The notes under the pieces are model-generated. The model saw only the letters and a list, made by a program, of their open reading frames with translations, did no database searches and was not told the origin of the DNA. DNA of 64,000 nucleotides, from assembly GCA_048013815.1 (NCBI GenBank), contig CM106586.1, forward strand, positions 23,436,001 to 23,500,000, read 5' to 3'. The position numbers were made by a program, and so were the translations under genes. This document shows, piece by piece, positions 9,463 to 20,600 of this stretch. The first letter of the stretch is position 1. Each line of letters begins with the position of its first letter. The stretch is from Setoptus koraiensis (Eukaryota > Animalia > Arthropoda).

Positions 9463-9989
9463 TTGTTGTCCCCTCAGTCGATGGACTGAGGCGGGGAGAT
9501 CGTAGGTCGGGAAGGTGCTGTTGATTTACCACTCCCCAGTTCTCCCTCAATCTCCCAAATCTTCAGGAAAACTAAAGAAAAAGAAATACTTCAGCTGACG
9601 AGAAAAAAAGTGTGACAAATATTGTGACCGATCTACAGCGTTTAGTGTTGTGACCGATCGATAGTGTGACCGATCTACAGCGTTTAGTGTTGTGACCGAT
9701 CGATAGTGTGACCGATCTACAGCGTTTAGTGTTGTGACCGATCGATAGTGTGACCGATCTCTAGCCTTCAGTGTTGTGACCGATCGATAGTGTGACATTT
9801 CTCCTTAAAAGTTTAATCGATATTTGTCACGATATTGGTCACACTTTTTTCTCGTCAGCTGAAAATTTTCTTTTTCTTTAGTTTTCTGGAGATTTGGGAG
9901 AGTGAGGGAGAACAGGGGAGTAGAAAATCGATAGAACCTTCCCGACCTACGATCTCTCTACCTCAGTCCACCGACTGAGGGGACACCAA
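9463..9989. mobile_element. Non-autonomous foldback/MITE-like element with ~165-bp imperfect terminal inverted repeats
   Basis: Arms 9463-9628 and 9826-9989 are reverse complements (roughly 85-90% by eye). Each carries a terminal mini-hairpin CCTCAGTC..GACTGAGG. The arms enclose a 42-bp tandem array. No transposase ORF and no target-site duplication seen. Confidence 0.7.
9623..9796. repeat. 42-bp tandem repeat x4 inside the foldback element
   Basis: Unit GTGTGACCGATCTACAGCGTTTAGTGTTGTGACCGATCGATA, with register at 9632, 9674, 9716 and 9758. Each unit has two TGTGACCGATC sub-motifs. Confidence 0.95.
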
Positions 9990-10347
9990 TTTATGTTGGA
10001 TTCTAACAACTTGATCCCTAACTACAACTTATAGATACTGTATTTATTTATTTAGCAACAATTTAATAAGATGGTCAATACTAGACACTGACTTTTTCAC
10101 TTTTGTTTTTTAATGAACGTATATTATCATGGTTTGTAATACTCCGTAGATCTAGTAGTTTTATAAGTTGTTGCGCCTTCGTCATCAATTAAATCGGATT
10201 TTCCAGAGTGAACAGGCTTTCCTCCCCGATTCAATTTCTGGTAAATAATAATTTTTGGTGTTTAACGGGTATATTTGGTGCCGTGGAGTGTTTAATTAGA
10301 AATCGGATACGGACTAGGCTCAGAAGCCGGGATAAGGACCATATAGT

Positions 10348-10731
10348 ATGACCTATTTTGTTCACAACTCCTTCTCCGAAGGCTTCGCATATGAACATGA
10401 GGGCGATGACGACGACGAACCATTCAATGAAACTAGAGCTGACGACCAGGACCGTAATAATATCACCTCGTCCGATGATAAGCCACGCATTTTGATAATG
10501 GGACTCAGAAGAAGTAGTAAATCATCCACCCAAAAAGTTACCTTCCACAAAATTTCACCTAATGAGACGCTATTTTTAGAAAGCACAAACAAAATAGTGA
10601 AAGACGACATATCGGATTCCTCCTTTGTTTCGTTTGTCATCTGGGATTTTCCTGGTCAAATAGATTTCTGTGATCCAACCTTTGATTCAAAGCACATTTT
10701 CGGCAAATCTTTCTTTCGCTTTGCAAAATAG
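10348..10731 (+). pseudogene. RagC-D: Truncated RagC/RagD GTPase copy (N-terminal ~120 aa only)
   Basis: [69 protein letters not shown] closely matches RagC/D G1-G3, but the P-loop Gly is Ser (GLRRSSKS). Similarity stops after FDSKHIF and a stop follows. No downstream RagC exon recognised. Confidence 0.8.
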
Positions 10732-12404
10732 ATCGCTTGTCTGATCCCAAACAGTCGTCCAACCTGCGCCTTCTAGGTCCCACCAGCAGCAGCCAATGTG
10801 ATGTGGGTTGCATCAGTGTGCATTCTATTTTCTTACACCTCATAGAACGGACATTCCGTGGAACCAATATTTCGTAGTCATAGATTTCACGCATGTCTGA
10901 CGCTGGAAATACTTATATTTATCACTATGAGAGATGTATATTTTCAGGTCTTCTCTCCAACCTCACCGATAATCTTATTTCGAAAGATGCTTTGAAAAAA
11001 GGGGACAGGGGGGGGGGGAAAGCGTCATTCACAAATTTCCAGCAAACTTTGGAAAAAAAATATACATGTACAAATCGTTGAAACCTCGGACGACAATGAC
11101 CTAGCTAGTCTTGTTAATCTCGCCACAGTGAACTGTACGGACTGATTCAATTTCAACACAAACGTAATGCATTAAGAGAATTCTGGAGTAAATGGGCTCA
11201 CTTTGCATAACATTGTGCTTCCGTTCTTCGAATGAGGTTCGTTCTTCATAGCGAGCTATCACCCCGAGAGATTGCCTAAACATGAATGTTTAGCTTCGAT
11301 TGATGGTAGGTAGTAATTTGCGAATCAAAATGCTGTCTTTCATCTTGATTCGCCGTATTCTGACTATTTCGAGTCATTCCTCCCGGAAGTATTCGCTTGC
11401 TGATAATGAGCGGATCAAATGTTTTATGTCAATCCTATGACAGTTTTATGACTTAATGCTAAACCGAACAATTACATTTACGCTAAAGGTGGAGACAGCG
11501 GCCTATCTGGACGTAAGATATATGCTGTGGTTCCCAACACGTAACAATACTGTTGCGCGACTCTCCATCATGATCATCATATTATTGAGTAACATATGAC
11601 TCATAATGTACCGGTAGAATCGTTGTGAAAATCGACAAGCGCAACAATACTAATCCTATTTAATGTTCCCAACCTTCAGTATAAATTTATAAATAACTCA
11701 TAAACAAGTATTAATAAACGTACCGATGCATCGATTGTGACAGATCTTACATAGACTACATCTACATACTTAACTAATACGCAGCAGAACACTTACATTG
11801 TTAGCGGACGATGAATGTTGATAGCGCCAAAAGAATGATTTGCGAAAATGAACGAGTTAAATTGAAAACTAAATCTAGCCCAGTCTCTAACGTATCGTCG
11901 TGTAGTATATTGATGAAATTATCGAGACAAACCTTATCAAATCCAATATCAGGCATTTCGTCATTATCTTAGGTCCCGTATCGAAGGTAGGTGAGCGCGC
12001 TTCTTCATAGAGGTCCGTTGAATCAACATGCGTGCTCTTCGATTGGATCATTCAATCTAAATCGTCGACCCCATTAACTACAAACAGAACAAACATCGAC
12101 TACCGACTGACGAGTTGACAATGATGAACTCTACCTCAATTAGATAGATTTGCAACATTTCTGTTGCCAATAATATATATGAATACCAATAGCACGTTCC
12201 TAGTTGGTTCGATAAATTAATTATAGTATCTCTAAAATCAATTTCTCATCATATTATATCCTCACCATAAACGTATACATCAATAACAACTTATATGACA
12301 ATTCATATGATGATGTATACATGTCGCGTCCCGGTACATATATACATGTACATGTATATATCGTGGCACCCGACTTCTAGGGATTAATATATAAATTCAC
12401 CAGA

Positions 12405-15400
12405 ATGCACATCAATGATGAGCTAGAGCAATACCACCTTGACCGGCTCGCTCGAGGAGATCCTCTACCAAGAGCTGAGCGACGGCCATATCAACAAGAG
12501 TTAAGCGAGATCTCCATCAGAGAGAACACAATTGTATTTTTGGGCACAGGATGTGGAAAGACGTTCATATCGGTTATGCTTATCAGTAGCGCCGAAATCA
12601 GTTCTCAAATTGTGCAAGAAAATAAAAGAATCGTCTTTTTGGCTCCTACGCAAGACCTGACTAAGCAACAGGCCGAATATTTACAAAAGCAAACACGTTA
12701 TAGATGCAAGGTGTATTGCGGACGTTCATCGCGTGTCGGCCGTCACATCGATCTTTGGACAAGAGAAAACTGGGAAGAGGAGTTCAGCACTATTGAGGTT
12801 GCCGTTATGACAGCCCAAATATTTGCCAACGCAATATCTACAAACATATTAGATTGGGAAAGATTTGCTGTGGTTATATTTGATGAGGGACATCACATTG
12901 CGCCCACGAAAAACAATGAGGAGTCTGGGCATGCCTATAGCCAAATTATGAGACATTATAGGGGTTATTATCGCAATAAACCGACCACCCATTCAAGGCC
13001 GCGTCTATTGATACTTACAGCCAGTCTCATCAATTGTATGCCCAAAAATAAGGATAATATTCGGGAACAAGTCCAATATTTAGAGAGAATGTATCAGGCG
13101 AAATGCAGAACAAATCTTGACGTGCAAGGTTCGTTGCCTCATTTCGTAATATTCTCATATGATTGCGACCAAATTACGTCCCGCAATGACAGTATCGTGC
13201 GCTTGTTCGCAGCTATCGAAAACAGTCTTGAAGGTGCGCTGCTAATCAAAAAAGCTAAAAGGGTCAAAACAAAAATAGGCAACCTCTCGAACAAAGAAAT
13301 CAAAATGCTTAAATACTTGCAAAGACTAAAATTATCCGCCGCATGTTACAGCATTAAACCGAAGCAATTTCCTGACATATTCCAAGGTTTGATCAAGGTG
13401 CGACAACGCCTCGGTGTATGGACCTTGTTCATGTTGATAAAGTTATTTGCTGATACAATTGCCAAAGTTAATGGGCTCACCACGAGAGAAGCTAATATGA
13501 TGAGATGCTATGACGAGCTTGTCAAACTCCTGACAATAACAAAATCAAGAATTGAATCCATTCTAATTCCTCCGGGGAATGTCCCAAATCATCCGGATTT
13601 GCTCCTAGGGACGGCAAGTGCAAAAATGCGAGCACTTCTCGACCTGTTGAAAAGAGAGTATCTTCGTAGTGAGGCCACCCAAACTAAGTTCTCATGCATA
13701 GTCTTCGTCCGAAGCAGATTGGAGACTGTTGGTCTTGCCAGTTGGATGAAGCAAGTATCGCAACATTGCATAGATTACCAATTTCTTCGTCCTGACTATG
13801 CAATCGGTTTGGCAGCGGCACAAACATCCAAATATTCTTGTGTAACCAAGCGAACTCCGGAAGAACAGATGACAATGTTGAAGAATTTTCGAAATTCAAC
13901 ATTGAACGTTATATTGACCACCTCTGTCCTTGAGGAGGGAATCGATCTGCCTGTCTGTTCCACGGTGGTACGATACGACTGTGCCAATAATCTTCGAGAA
14001 TATATTCAATCTAGGGGAAGGGCCAGAAAGTCTGATTCGAGATACATTAGTTTGTGCGAGTCCGGCAAAATGTCGGAAACAATCGAAAGATTGAAGATGT
14101 TCAATGATATGGAGTCAGCTCTGTTGGAATATTTCAGAATGGACTACGCCGGCTCTATATCCCCGAGTCTTTTGCAAACAACCGAAATAGGCATCAAAGA
14201 GAGGGATGAGTGTTTTCAGCCTAACGATAGAGTGTGCATCACCACTCCTGTGGCTGCCACACTGTTGTCCATGTATTTTTACTATTCAGCCAAGGGCGCA
14301 CCTTACGTTCCTCAACCTCAGGTTGTGCGCTTCAAAATCTCTAGCGAACCTACAGTTATCCAGAGCACTCTTTATCTGCCAAGTGGCTGTACTTTTCGAG
14401 AAGGCATCAAGGGCAAGCCCAAAAGTAATGTTAGGGATGCAGATTTGTCGGCTGCTTTGGAGGCCATCAAGAAGCTACACGAGCTTGGAGAAATTGACGA
14501 AAATTGTGTGCCATACAGAGTCACGCCGAAAAATATCAATAAAGAACTATCGAAATTGAAAGTTCTACCAGAAGATGTCCTAGCTAAAATACTTGAAGTG
14601 GATAATACTAAAGAAGAACCTCGCCAGGAGTTTACCTCTGCGATGAGAGAAACGAAAGCCAATTTGATCGATCATACAATGAACAAGACTTACAGTATTT
14701 TTGGCCTCAAGTTTATTCCTGTGAAAGTTAGAGATGATATGTCGCAATATTTCCAACCAATGGTGATAGGTATCATAACAGACATTAGTTCACACGAAAT
14801 GACTAAAGTCATGCCTCGTCTTCTTTACAATCATTATGGAATATTCAAGTTAGAAATAGTCGAGATGACCAACCAGTTAGTGCTCAATTTGAGAGACCAT
14901 GGGTATCATTTGAACTACATGCTGAACTACTTAAGACGCTGCTTTGGGATGTACAATATCAGTATGAACTCCCTCAAAAATCATTGCCCATTGTACTTAG
15001 TGCCATTGAAGAGAAATGCGGCACCTGGATCCGATCCGAGAAAAATAATTGACGAATCAGCTATGAGAGATTCATACAAATCTGAAAACTTTAATCGTGT
15101 AGTCCGTGAAGAAGATATAGTCATAATGTCGAGAAACATAGTTCAAGGGAGACAAACCGGTTTTTACCTAGTTGAAAAAATACTCTTTCATGTGGGGCCC
15201 CATTCGCGACACACAGACATTACGAATGAGACAATAACATTTGCTGAGTATGCCAAAACGACGTACGGCCTGAAGCATGTAAATCCGAACCAGTGCGTTG
15301 TACGAGTTAGACCACTTAGCAAAGATGCTGCTAACTTGATAGGCTGCAAAAAAATCAGGCGCAATTACATGTCTGCTCCCATGCATTTTTTACAGGATAA

Positions 15401-17615
15401 CATTGAATACTTCCATTCGGACCCCAACTATCACCTGCAATCATTCTGCTTACCGCCGATTATGTATCGGATCTTCCAAGTGAGGGCCATTCAACATGTT
15501 GTAGATGATATGACGCCAGGACCAAAAGAGCCCATGTCGTACAACAGAGCTGATGAGATAGTTCCAGATGAACTAATGGATAGTGATGATGCGGTTGACG
15601 AGCAGGTTAAAATTGGTTCGGAGTCGGACGAAAAAAATCCAAACGATTTCGCTAGTGGAGAAGAAATGTCGGCTGAATCACCAGACGAAGAATCCGAGGA
15701 GTCTGAAGTTGCTGACCTTGACTCTGATTCGGACAGTTCAACCGATGCAAACACACACCTGCGATTGCAAGCCCTAGAATGCGATCATAATGACCGAGAG
15801 TTTTTCCGCTGGAATCCAGAGGATTACCAAACAGCAAATTTACGAAAACTAACATACGATTTTCAGTTTCATTCCGGCGACATGTTTCGCAATTACAAAG
15901 ACAAATTTTCCAACTTTGATATTGACATTAGAATATTAGCAACGGAACTGTCACCTGTGCTGGGAAATCTTCTTGATGCTATTATGGAATTGGAGTCCAA
16001 ACTGACCACTGATGAGAATTTGCCTGACGATGATCAGTTAGAAAAAGACGATGCTAAAGTGGACCGATCGGCCCAGGATGAAATGAAATTTGACGTTTTC
16101 GCACTCGATGCCGAACAGTCTAGAATCGAACCTATGCTGAAAGCATTCACACTGAGACGAGCTAGGGATCCATATGACCTGGAACGCTACGAAAACGTTG
16201 GAGATTCTTTCCTCAAGATGAGTGCTAGTGTTTATCTTTATAACAGACTTGACGGCAAAGAAGGATCACTGAGTCAACTGAGATCAAGCCTGGTTTCGAA
16301 CGCAACATTAAGCGAGTTGGCCTCACGAAAAAAACTCGGAAACCTTGCAGTAACCAGATCGTGTAATGTCCAATATCTCAGCTACTTGTTCGGTGGTAGT
16401 GTCACAAAGAAGGACTTGGATCAAGTTAAGAATCGATTGAAAAGTAAAGATTTGGCCGACATCTTCGAAGCCATTGTTGGCTGTCAGGTTGTACACTTTG
16501 GTCAGGCGCAAGCGTTTGCAACCTTGCGATGGTTAGGAATGAATTTGCTAGATGACGTTGAGCTATCATCGATTATGGAAAATCAAAGAATGATGATCCT
16601 CGCCTCAAATAATAGTTCACTTGATGCGTCTCAAGCCTCGCACCTTGCAAAGTTGGCATGTAGAGTGAAGAACTTTGAGAACATTATCGGCTATAAATTC
16701 AATGACAAACGCCACATAGTTCAAGCGTTCACCCACCCAACGTGCATCGAAAACGAGGTCACAAGATCCTACCAGCGCCTAGAATTTCTGGGCGACGCTA
16801 TTCTAGATTATCTTGTCACACGTCACATATTTCAACGTGATAGTTCCCTGCAACCTGGTCAGATAACCGATATCAGAGCAGCTCTCGTCAACAATTATAC
16901 CTTTGCAAGGCTAGCTCTGAGGCACAAGTATGATTTATACATCATGCATAACCAGCAAACTTTACTCGATGAGCTGAATCGGGTTCGATCTATTACTAAT
17001 GAGCTTACCGAGAGTAATGTCGCGGTCGATTTTGAGAGTCTGCTAGAGTTTGATGACATAGTAAAGTTGCTCGCTGATATATTTGAATCGGTTGCAGGAG
17101 CTATCTTTTTAGATTCAGGAAGTTCTCTGGATACTGTTTGGTCAATTTACTATCCGATCATGAAAGACGCTATAGAAAAAGAACTTCGTGAGCCCTCGAA
17201 GAACCCCGTTAGGTACCTGCATGAGTTATTCACCGGTCCCGAAACTTTAAGCTTCGACAAGATGAGCGAACTCGAAACTGATCACAGTAAAACAGTGGCG
17301 TGCCGAATTAAAGGCATAGGTGAATTTAGGGGTGTCGGACAAAATTACAAAGTTGCAAGGCTAAGAGCCGCTCTTGAGGCTATAAAGCACTTACCGTCTC
17401 AAGAAGAGATAGCTTCGTTGAATTTGGAGCAAAACAAGTTGCACGAACCGAGAAAAGTAGCTCAACAAAGCAAAAAGTCAGAACGCTCAACTCACCGAGG
17501 AAGAGGAGGGCCAAGTCGATCCGACCGAATACAACCATCAGGGATGGGATTCTTACGGCAAACTGATAACAGAACACAAAATAGATCTAGTGACAGTAAC
17601 TGGTGGAGGCGCTAA
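12405..17615 (+). CDS. Dcr: Dicer (helicase, DUF283, PAZ, RNase IIIa, RNase IIIb, dsRBD), single ORF of 1736 aa; compact, possibly the siRNA/Dcr-2 type (inference)
   Basis: Helicase motifs GTGCGKT, DEGHH, LTAS, TSVLEEGID and YIQSRGRAR. PAZ TFAEYAKTTY. RIIIa ERYENVGDSFLK...ADIFEAIVG. RIIIb YQRLEFLGDAILD...KLLADIFESVAGAIFLDSG. dsRBD KNPVRYLHELF...AALEAIKHL. Confidence 0.97.
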   Translation: MHINDELEQYHLDRLARGDPLPRAERRPYQQELSEISIRENTIVFLGTGCGKTFISVMLISSAEISSQIVQENKRIVFLAPTQDLTKQQAEYLQKQTRYRCKVYCGRSSRVGRHIDLWTRENWEEEFSTIEVAVMTAQIFANAISTNILDWERFAVVIFDEGHHIAPTKNNEESGHAYSQIMRHYRGYYRNKPTTHSRPRLLILTASLINCMPKNKDNIREQVQYLERMYQAKCRTNLDVQGSLPHFVIFSYDCDQITSRNDSIVRLFAAIENSLEGALLIKKAKRVKTKIGNLSNKEIKMLKYLQRLKLSAACYSIKPKQFPDIFQGLIKVRQRLGVWTLFMLIKLFADTIAKVNGLTTREANMMRCYDELVKLLTITKSRIESILIPPGNVPNHPDLLLGTASAKMRALLDLLKREYLRSEATQTKFSCIVFVRSRLETVGLASWMKQVSQHCIDYQFLRPDYAIGLAAAQTSKYSCVTKRTPEEQMTMLKNFRNSTLNVILTTSVLEEGIDLPVCSTVVRYDCANNLREYIQSRGRARKSDSRYISLCESGKMSETIERLKMFNDMESALLEYFRMDYAGSISPSLLQTTEIGIKERDECFQPNDRVCITTPVAATLLSMYFYYSAKGAPYVPQPQVVRFKISSEPTVIQSTLYLPSGCTFREGIKGKPKSNVRDADLSAALEAIKKLHELGEIDENCVPYRVTPKNINKELSKLKVLPEDVLAKILEVDNTKEEPRQEFTSAMRETKANLIDHTMNKTYSIFGLKFIPVKVRDDMSQYFQPMVIGIITDISSHEMTKVMPRLLYNHYGIFKLEIVEMTNQLVLNLRDHGYHLNYMLNYLRRCFGMYNISMNSLKNHCPLYLVPLKRNAAPGSDPRKIIDESAMRDSYKSENFNRVVREEDIVIMSRNIVQGRQTGFYLVEKILFHVGPHSRHTDITNETITFAEYAKTTYGLKHVNPNQCVVRVRPLSKDAANLIGCKKIRRNYMSAPMHFLQDNIEYFHSDPNYHLQSFCLPPIMYRIFQVRAIQHVVDDMTPGPKEPMSYNRADEIVPDELMDSDDAVDEQVKIGSESDEKNPNDFASGEEMSAESPDEESEESEVADLDSDSDSSTDANTHLRLQALECDHNDREFFRWNPEDYQTANLRKLTYDFQFHSGDMFRNYKDKFSNFDIDIRILATELSPVLGNLLDAIMELESKLTTDENLPDDDQLEKDDAKVDRSAQDEMKFDVFALDAEQSRIEPMLKAFTLRRARDPYDLERYENVGDSFLKMSASVYLYNRLDGKEGSLSQLRSSLVSNATLSELASRKKLGNLAVTRSCNVQYLSYLFGGSVTKKDLDQVKNRLKSKDLADIFEAIVGCQVVHFGQAQAFATLRWLGMNLLDDVELSSIMENQRMMILASNNSSLDASQASHLAKLACRVKNFENIIGYKFNDKRHIVQAFTHPTCIENEVTRSYQRLEFLGDAILDYLVTRHIFQRDSSLQPGQITDIRAALVNNYTFARLALRHKYDLYIMHNQQTLLDELNRVRSITNELTESNVAVDFESLLEFDDIVKLLADIFESVAGAIFLDSGSSLDTVWSIYYPIMKDAIEKELREPSKNPVRYLHELFTGPETLSFDKMSELETDHSKTVACRIKGIGEFRGVGQNYKVARLRAALEAIKHLPSQEEIASLNLEQNKLHEPRKVAQQSKKSERSTHRGRGGPSRSDRIQPSGMGFLRQTDNRTQNRSSDSNWWRR

Positions 17616-20600
17616 TGTAAATCCAATCGACAGGTCACATGATAGCTTCGAGCCCAGGCTGGCTCAGAGAGAGAGAGAGAGAGAGAGACGTCTGGTCTTC
17701 CAGGCAGGCGGAAAAAGGTTCAACACATCCCATAATCATATCGAGAACATGGACGAAAATGTCGTCCACAACTTTTTCAGTCCACTAAATGGTGGATGAG
17801 AAAATGTGCGAAAGATGGTCCATGTTCCATAATACATTAATATCATCATATCCAATATATAATCTTGTTTGTAGCAGTTAAAAATTTATCTCTTTATCCT
17901 AATCAATAAAAAAGTTATCAACAAAATCCCAACGCGAATTATCCCAAACATACCAAACATACATTAGACGCAGAACTTACTGTGCATCCGAACACTACAC
18001 GTTATTACCGGTAATTCGGATGCTAGATCCACTGCGAATTCATCCTTCGACAGTATGATGCTTGTACCATAGGTAGAGCATAGAGATAGTTGTAACTCGG
18101 ACTCTATCGGAAGTACTAGTCCCCAGATTATTTTCCGTTTCGTTGTTAGTTCAAACCCTCCTGTCTTCAATTGAACGCCTAGCGATCACGCAAGGTCATA
18201 TGTATTTTTACATTGACGGGCACATACGGCTCAAGTGTCACCTCCGATGAGGGATGATTCGCCAGACCCAAAATTTGGGCCATTTTCTAGAAGCATAACT
18301 TTGGTTGTTCGATGTATCGATAGATGGCGATAAGTGCAACAATCCATGCATGCATTTTTATATCGGCCCCAATTTCCAATGGCAATTCACCGTGTATTTT
18401 CACCTATGATTTCGGATACAGCTAATCATACTATGCTGAAATAATATCTACCGCAGACTTGTGTGCTGCTATCAAATGTCAAATTGACGGGCAAATGTAA
18501 CCAATAATCCAAACAATTGATTGGATAAGAAACATATCGGAGAGTGAAATTTTCTGCTGCGACAGAATAATCACTGACTTTTAAAGCGAGACGGTCGGAC
18601 GGGCTAGTTCCCTGTGGAAGGTTCTCGATAGACCGTGCACGACGGTCGAAGTGTCTAGTGTCAGACTCGCGGCTTTCGAGCCCGAACTTGAACAAATGTG
18701 ATAGCATGTAAGAACGAAATCGGTGATTAAAACTACTGAAAATAACTTCATTCGTCTGAGTTATTCTCATTTTCCTAAGTCCAAACCCATTTTTCTCTCT
18801 TATAGTTTTCATTTGATTCGGATTGTACACAGTTCGTCATTCTTCTTCGCCAGCATTTCGAAAGGCTGGAACTATCTAATTGATTCTGCTAGAAAATGAA
18901 GCTCTCTGGACATTGCAAAAACTGCATCCTGTGCGCGAAAATGGAAGCGCAGAAATGACAAATGAAAAAAAAATCAACAGGAACTATCGTGGTCTCACAT
19001 GACGAACATGGATCTAAACTTGAATTTTTATGACAGTAAGTCGAAAATTTGATCATTTTCGGAAAAGAAAATTATTCATATACGAGTCATGAAAAGTTAG
19101 CAAGGCTGGCAAAAGATCTAGCGCTCAATTCGGGATCGCATAAATTTCAGCGGCGTGGACAAGATTGCATATTTGCACAAACTTGGTTCCACAAAGGATA
19201 AAGGGGCCCAAGTGAGCTGGGTAAAATACTAGAGATTCGTGCTCTAATGCATAAATGAATGTATAAATGAATGTATAAGGCGAGCTGGGATGTGGATGCC
19301 TTGCACTGGCAACAATTACCATCAATAAAAGTTTTGATTGATAGTTGAATGTGAATGAAATAAAGAAAAAAGAAATAAATTCTTTTTCCCGCAACGATGT
19401 CTCGGTATTGCTGCAGCGATGCATTGGCGGCGCTGAAGAGTTGAAGGAATAACTAGAAATTGGTCATGTGAATACAATTACAATGTGAAGCGAGATGGTG
19501 AATAGGAAGTAGACGGGCATGATGATGATGATCTTTTGTTTTTGGCCACATGAAGCCTGTGTGGTGACTTTGGTCAGAATAAGGAGGCATTAAGAAGAAG
19601 GAGAGGAATTCGGCGCAACATTTATGTAACCCGGCAACAGAGAGCAGTTGTGTTTTTATTATATAAATGTGAGTGTTTGTGTGTGTGCATTACATAATAG
19701 TTTCGCGATCGTTATTTTACTTTTTGCTCTTTCTTTAACAATTCTGTAAATGTATTTCTAATGATGGCTAGCGTGTCTCATTGCGCGCAGTGTGATTCCG
19801 AAGACATCAATATGTTGCGCGGTCAGCGAGACTTGAAATTATTAGTCTGTTGCCGCTGTTGTCTGGTTGCGCAATTGAATCAAGGACGTCACTGCTGCCG
19901 TTGCTGTTGTTGTTGTTGTTGTTGTTGTCGAGTTAGTAAGTCATGATCATCAGTGTTTGATTCCACTTTTGACTTTTAGCCACCACTGCCGTTGCAAGCA
20001 GCCAGCACTAGTTGCTGCACCAGTAATGATAATAATAATAATAGTAATAATGATGCACCGACCAATCCATGGCTCCATTAGATTAATTGCATCATTTCCT
20101 GTCTATTGCCAGTTGGACTAATTGTTGTGTGTCCATTCGTTTCGTTTTGGTTCGTCTCGATTCGTTTCGTTTCGTTTTGCTTGGTTCACTTGTTTCGTTG
20201 CGAGACACAACAAGTCAATGCCAGCGATTTATTTATAACTGGCCCACAGCCACAGTGCGAATCACGTCGACTTGAGTGTGTGTCCGGCGCGAATTAAATC
20301 AAATGGCCGGCTGATAATGAGAGTTGCGGGCAGCGCCGCGGCCGGCTACCCGAAACGCTGCCCGGTCGGCCGGCCGGCCGGCTACCCGAATCGTTGGCCG
20401 GCCGACCGGTCGGCCGGCCAGACGAGCGGCGAACAGCGGCGAGGCCCACAGCAGACAGGCCAAAAGTGGCCACAGCGCAGTCGGCCGAGCGGCAAACAGC
20501 CGAGAAAAGTAAATTTAGCCAGTGGTGTGTAAATAATAACAATGATAATGGATAAACTAAAAATATCAAAATCAACTGCGGAACACAATTTGTTGTTGCA

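Noticed and set aside
9547-9798. ORF with SHYRSVTTLNAVDR repeats, and possible CRISPR-like appearance of the array
   Set aside because: It is the translation of the 42-bp tandem repeat. Units are contiguous with no unique spacers and there are no cas genes, so it is not CRISPR.
9455-9997. Target-site duplication around the foldback element
   Set aside because: The flanks (ACACTTGAC and TTTATGTTG) share no direct repeat, so the superfamily was not assigned.
11488-11520. GGDSGLSGRKI, resembling the SAM synthetase GDxGLTGRKI motif
   Set aside because: Flanking residues do not match and a stop follows shortly; likely chance.
17900-19450. Weak Dicer DUF283-like words (PQIIFRFVVSSNPPV) and 134-aa and 68-aa minus-strand ORFs
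   Set aside because: No convincing DNA-level similarity to Dicer and no recognisable family. Needs BLASTX.
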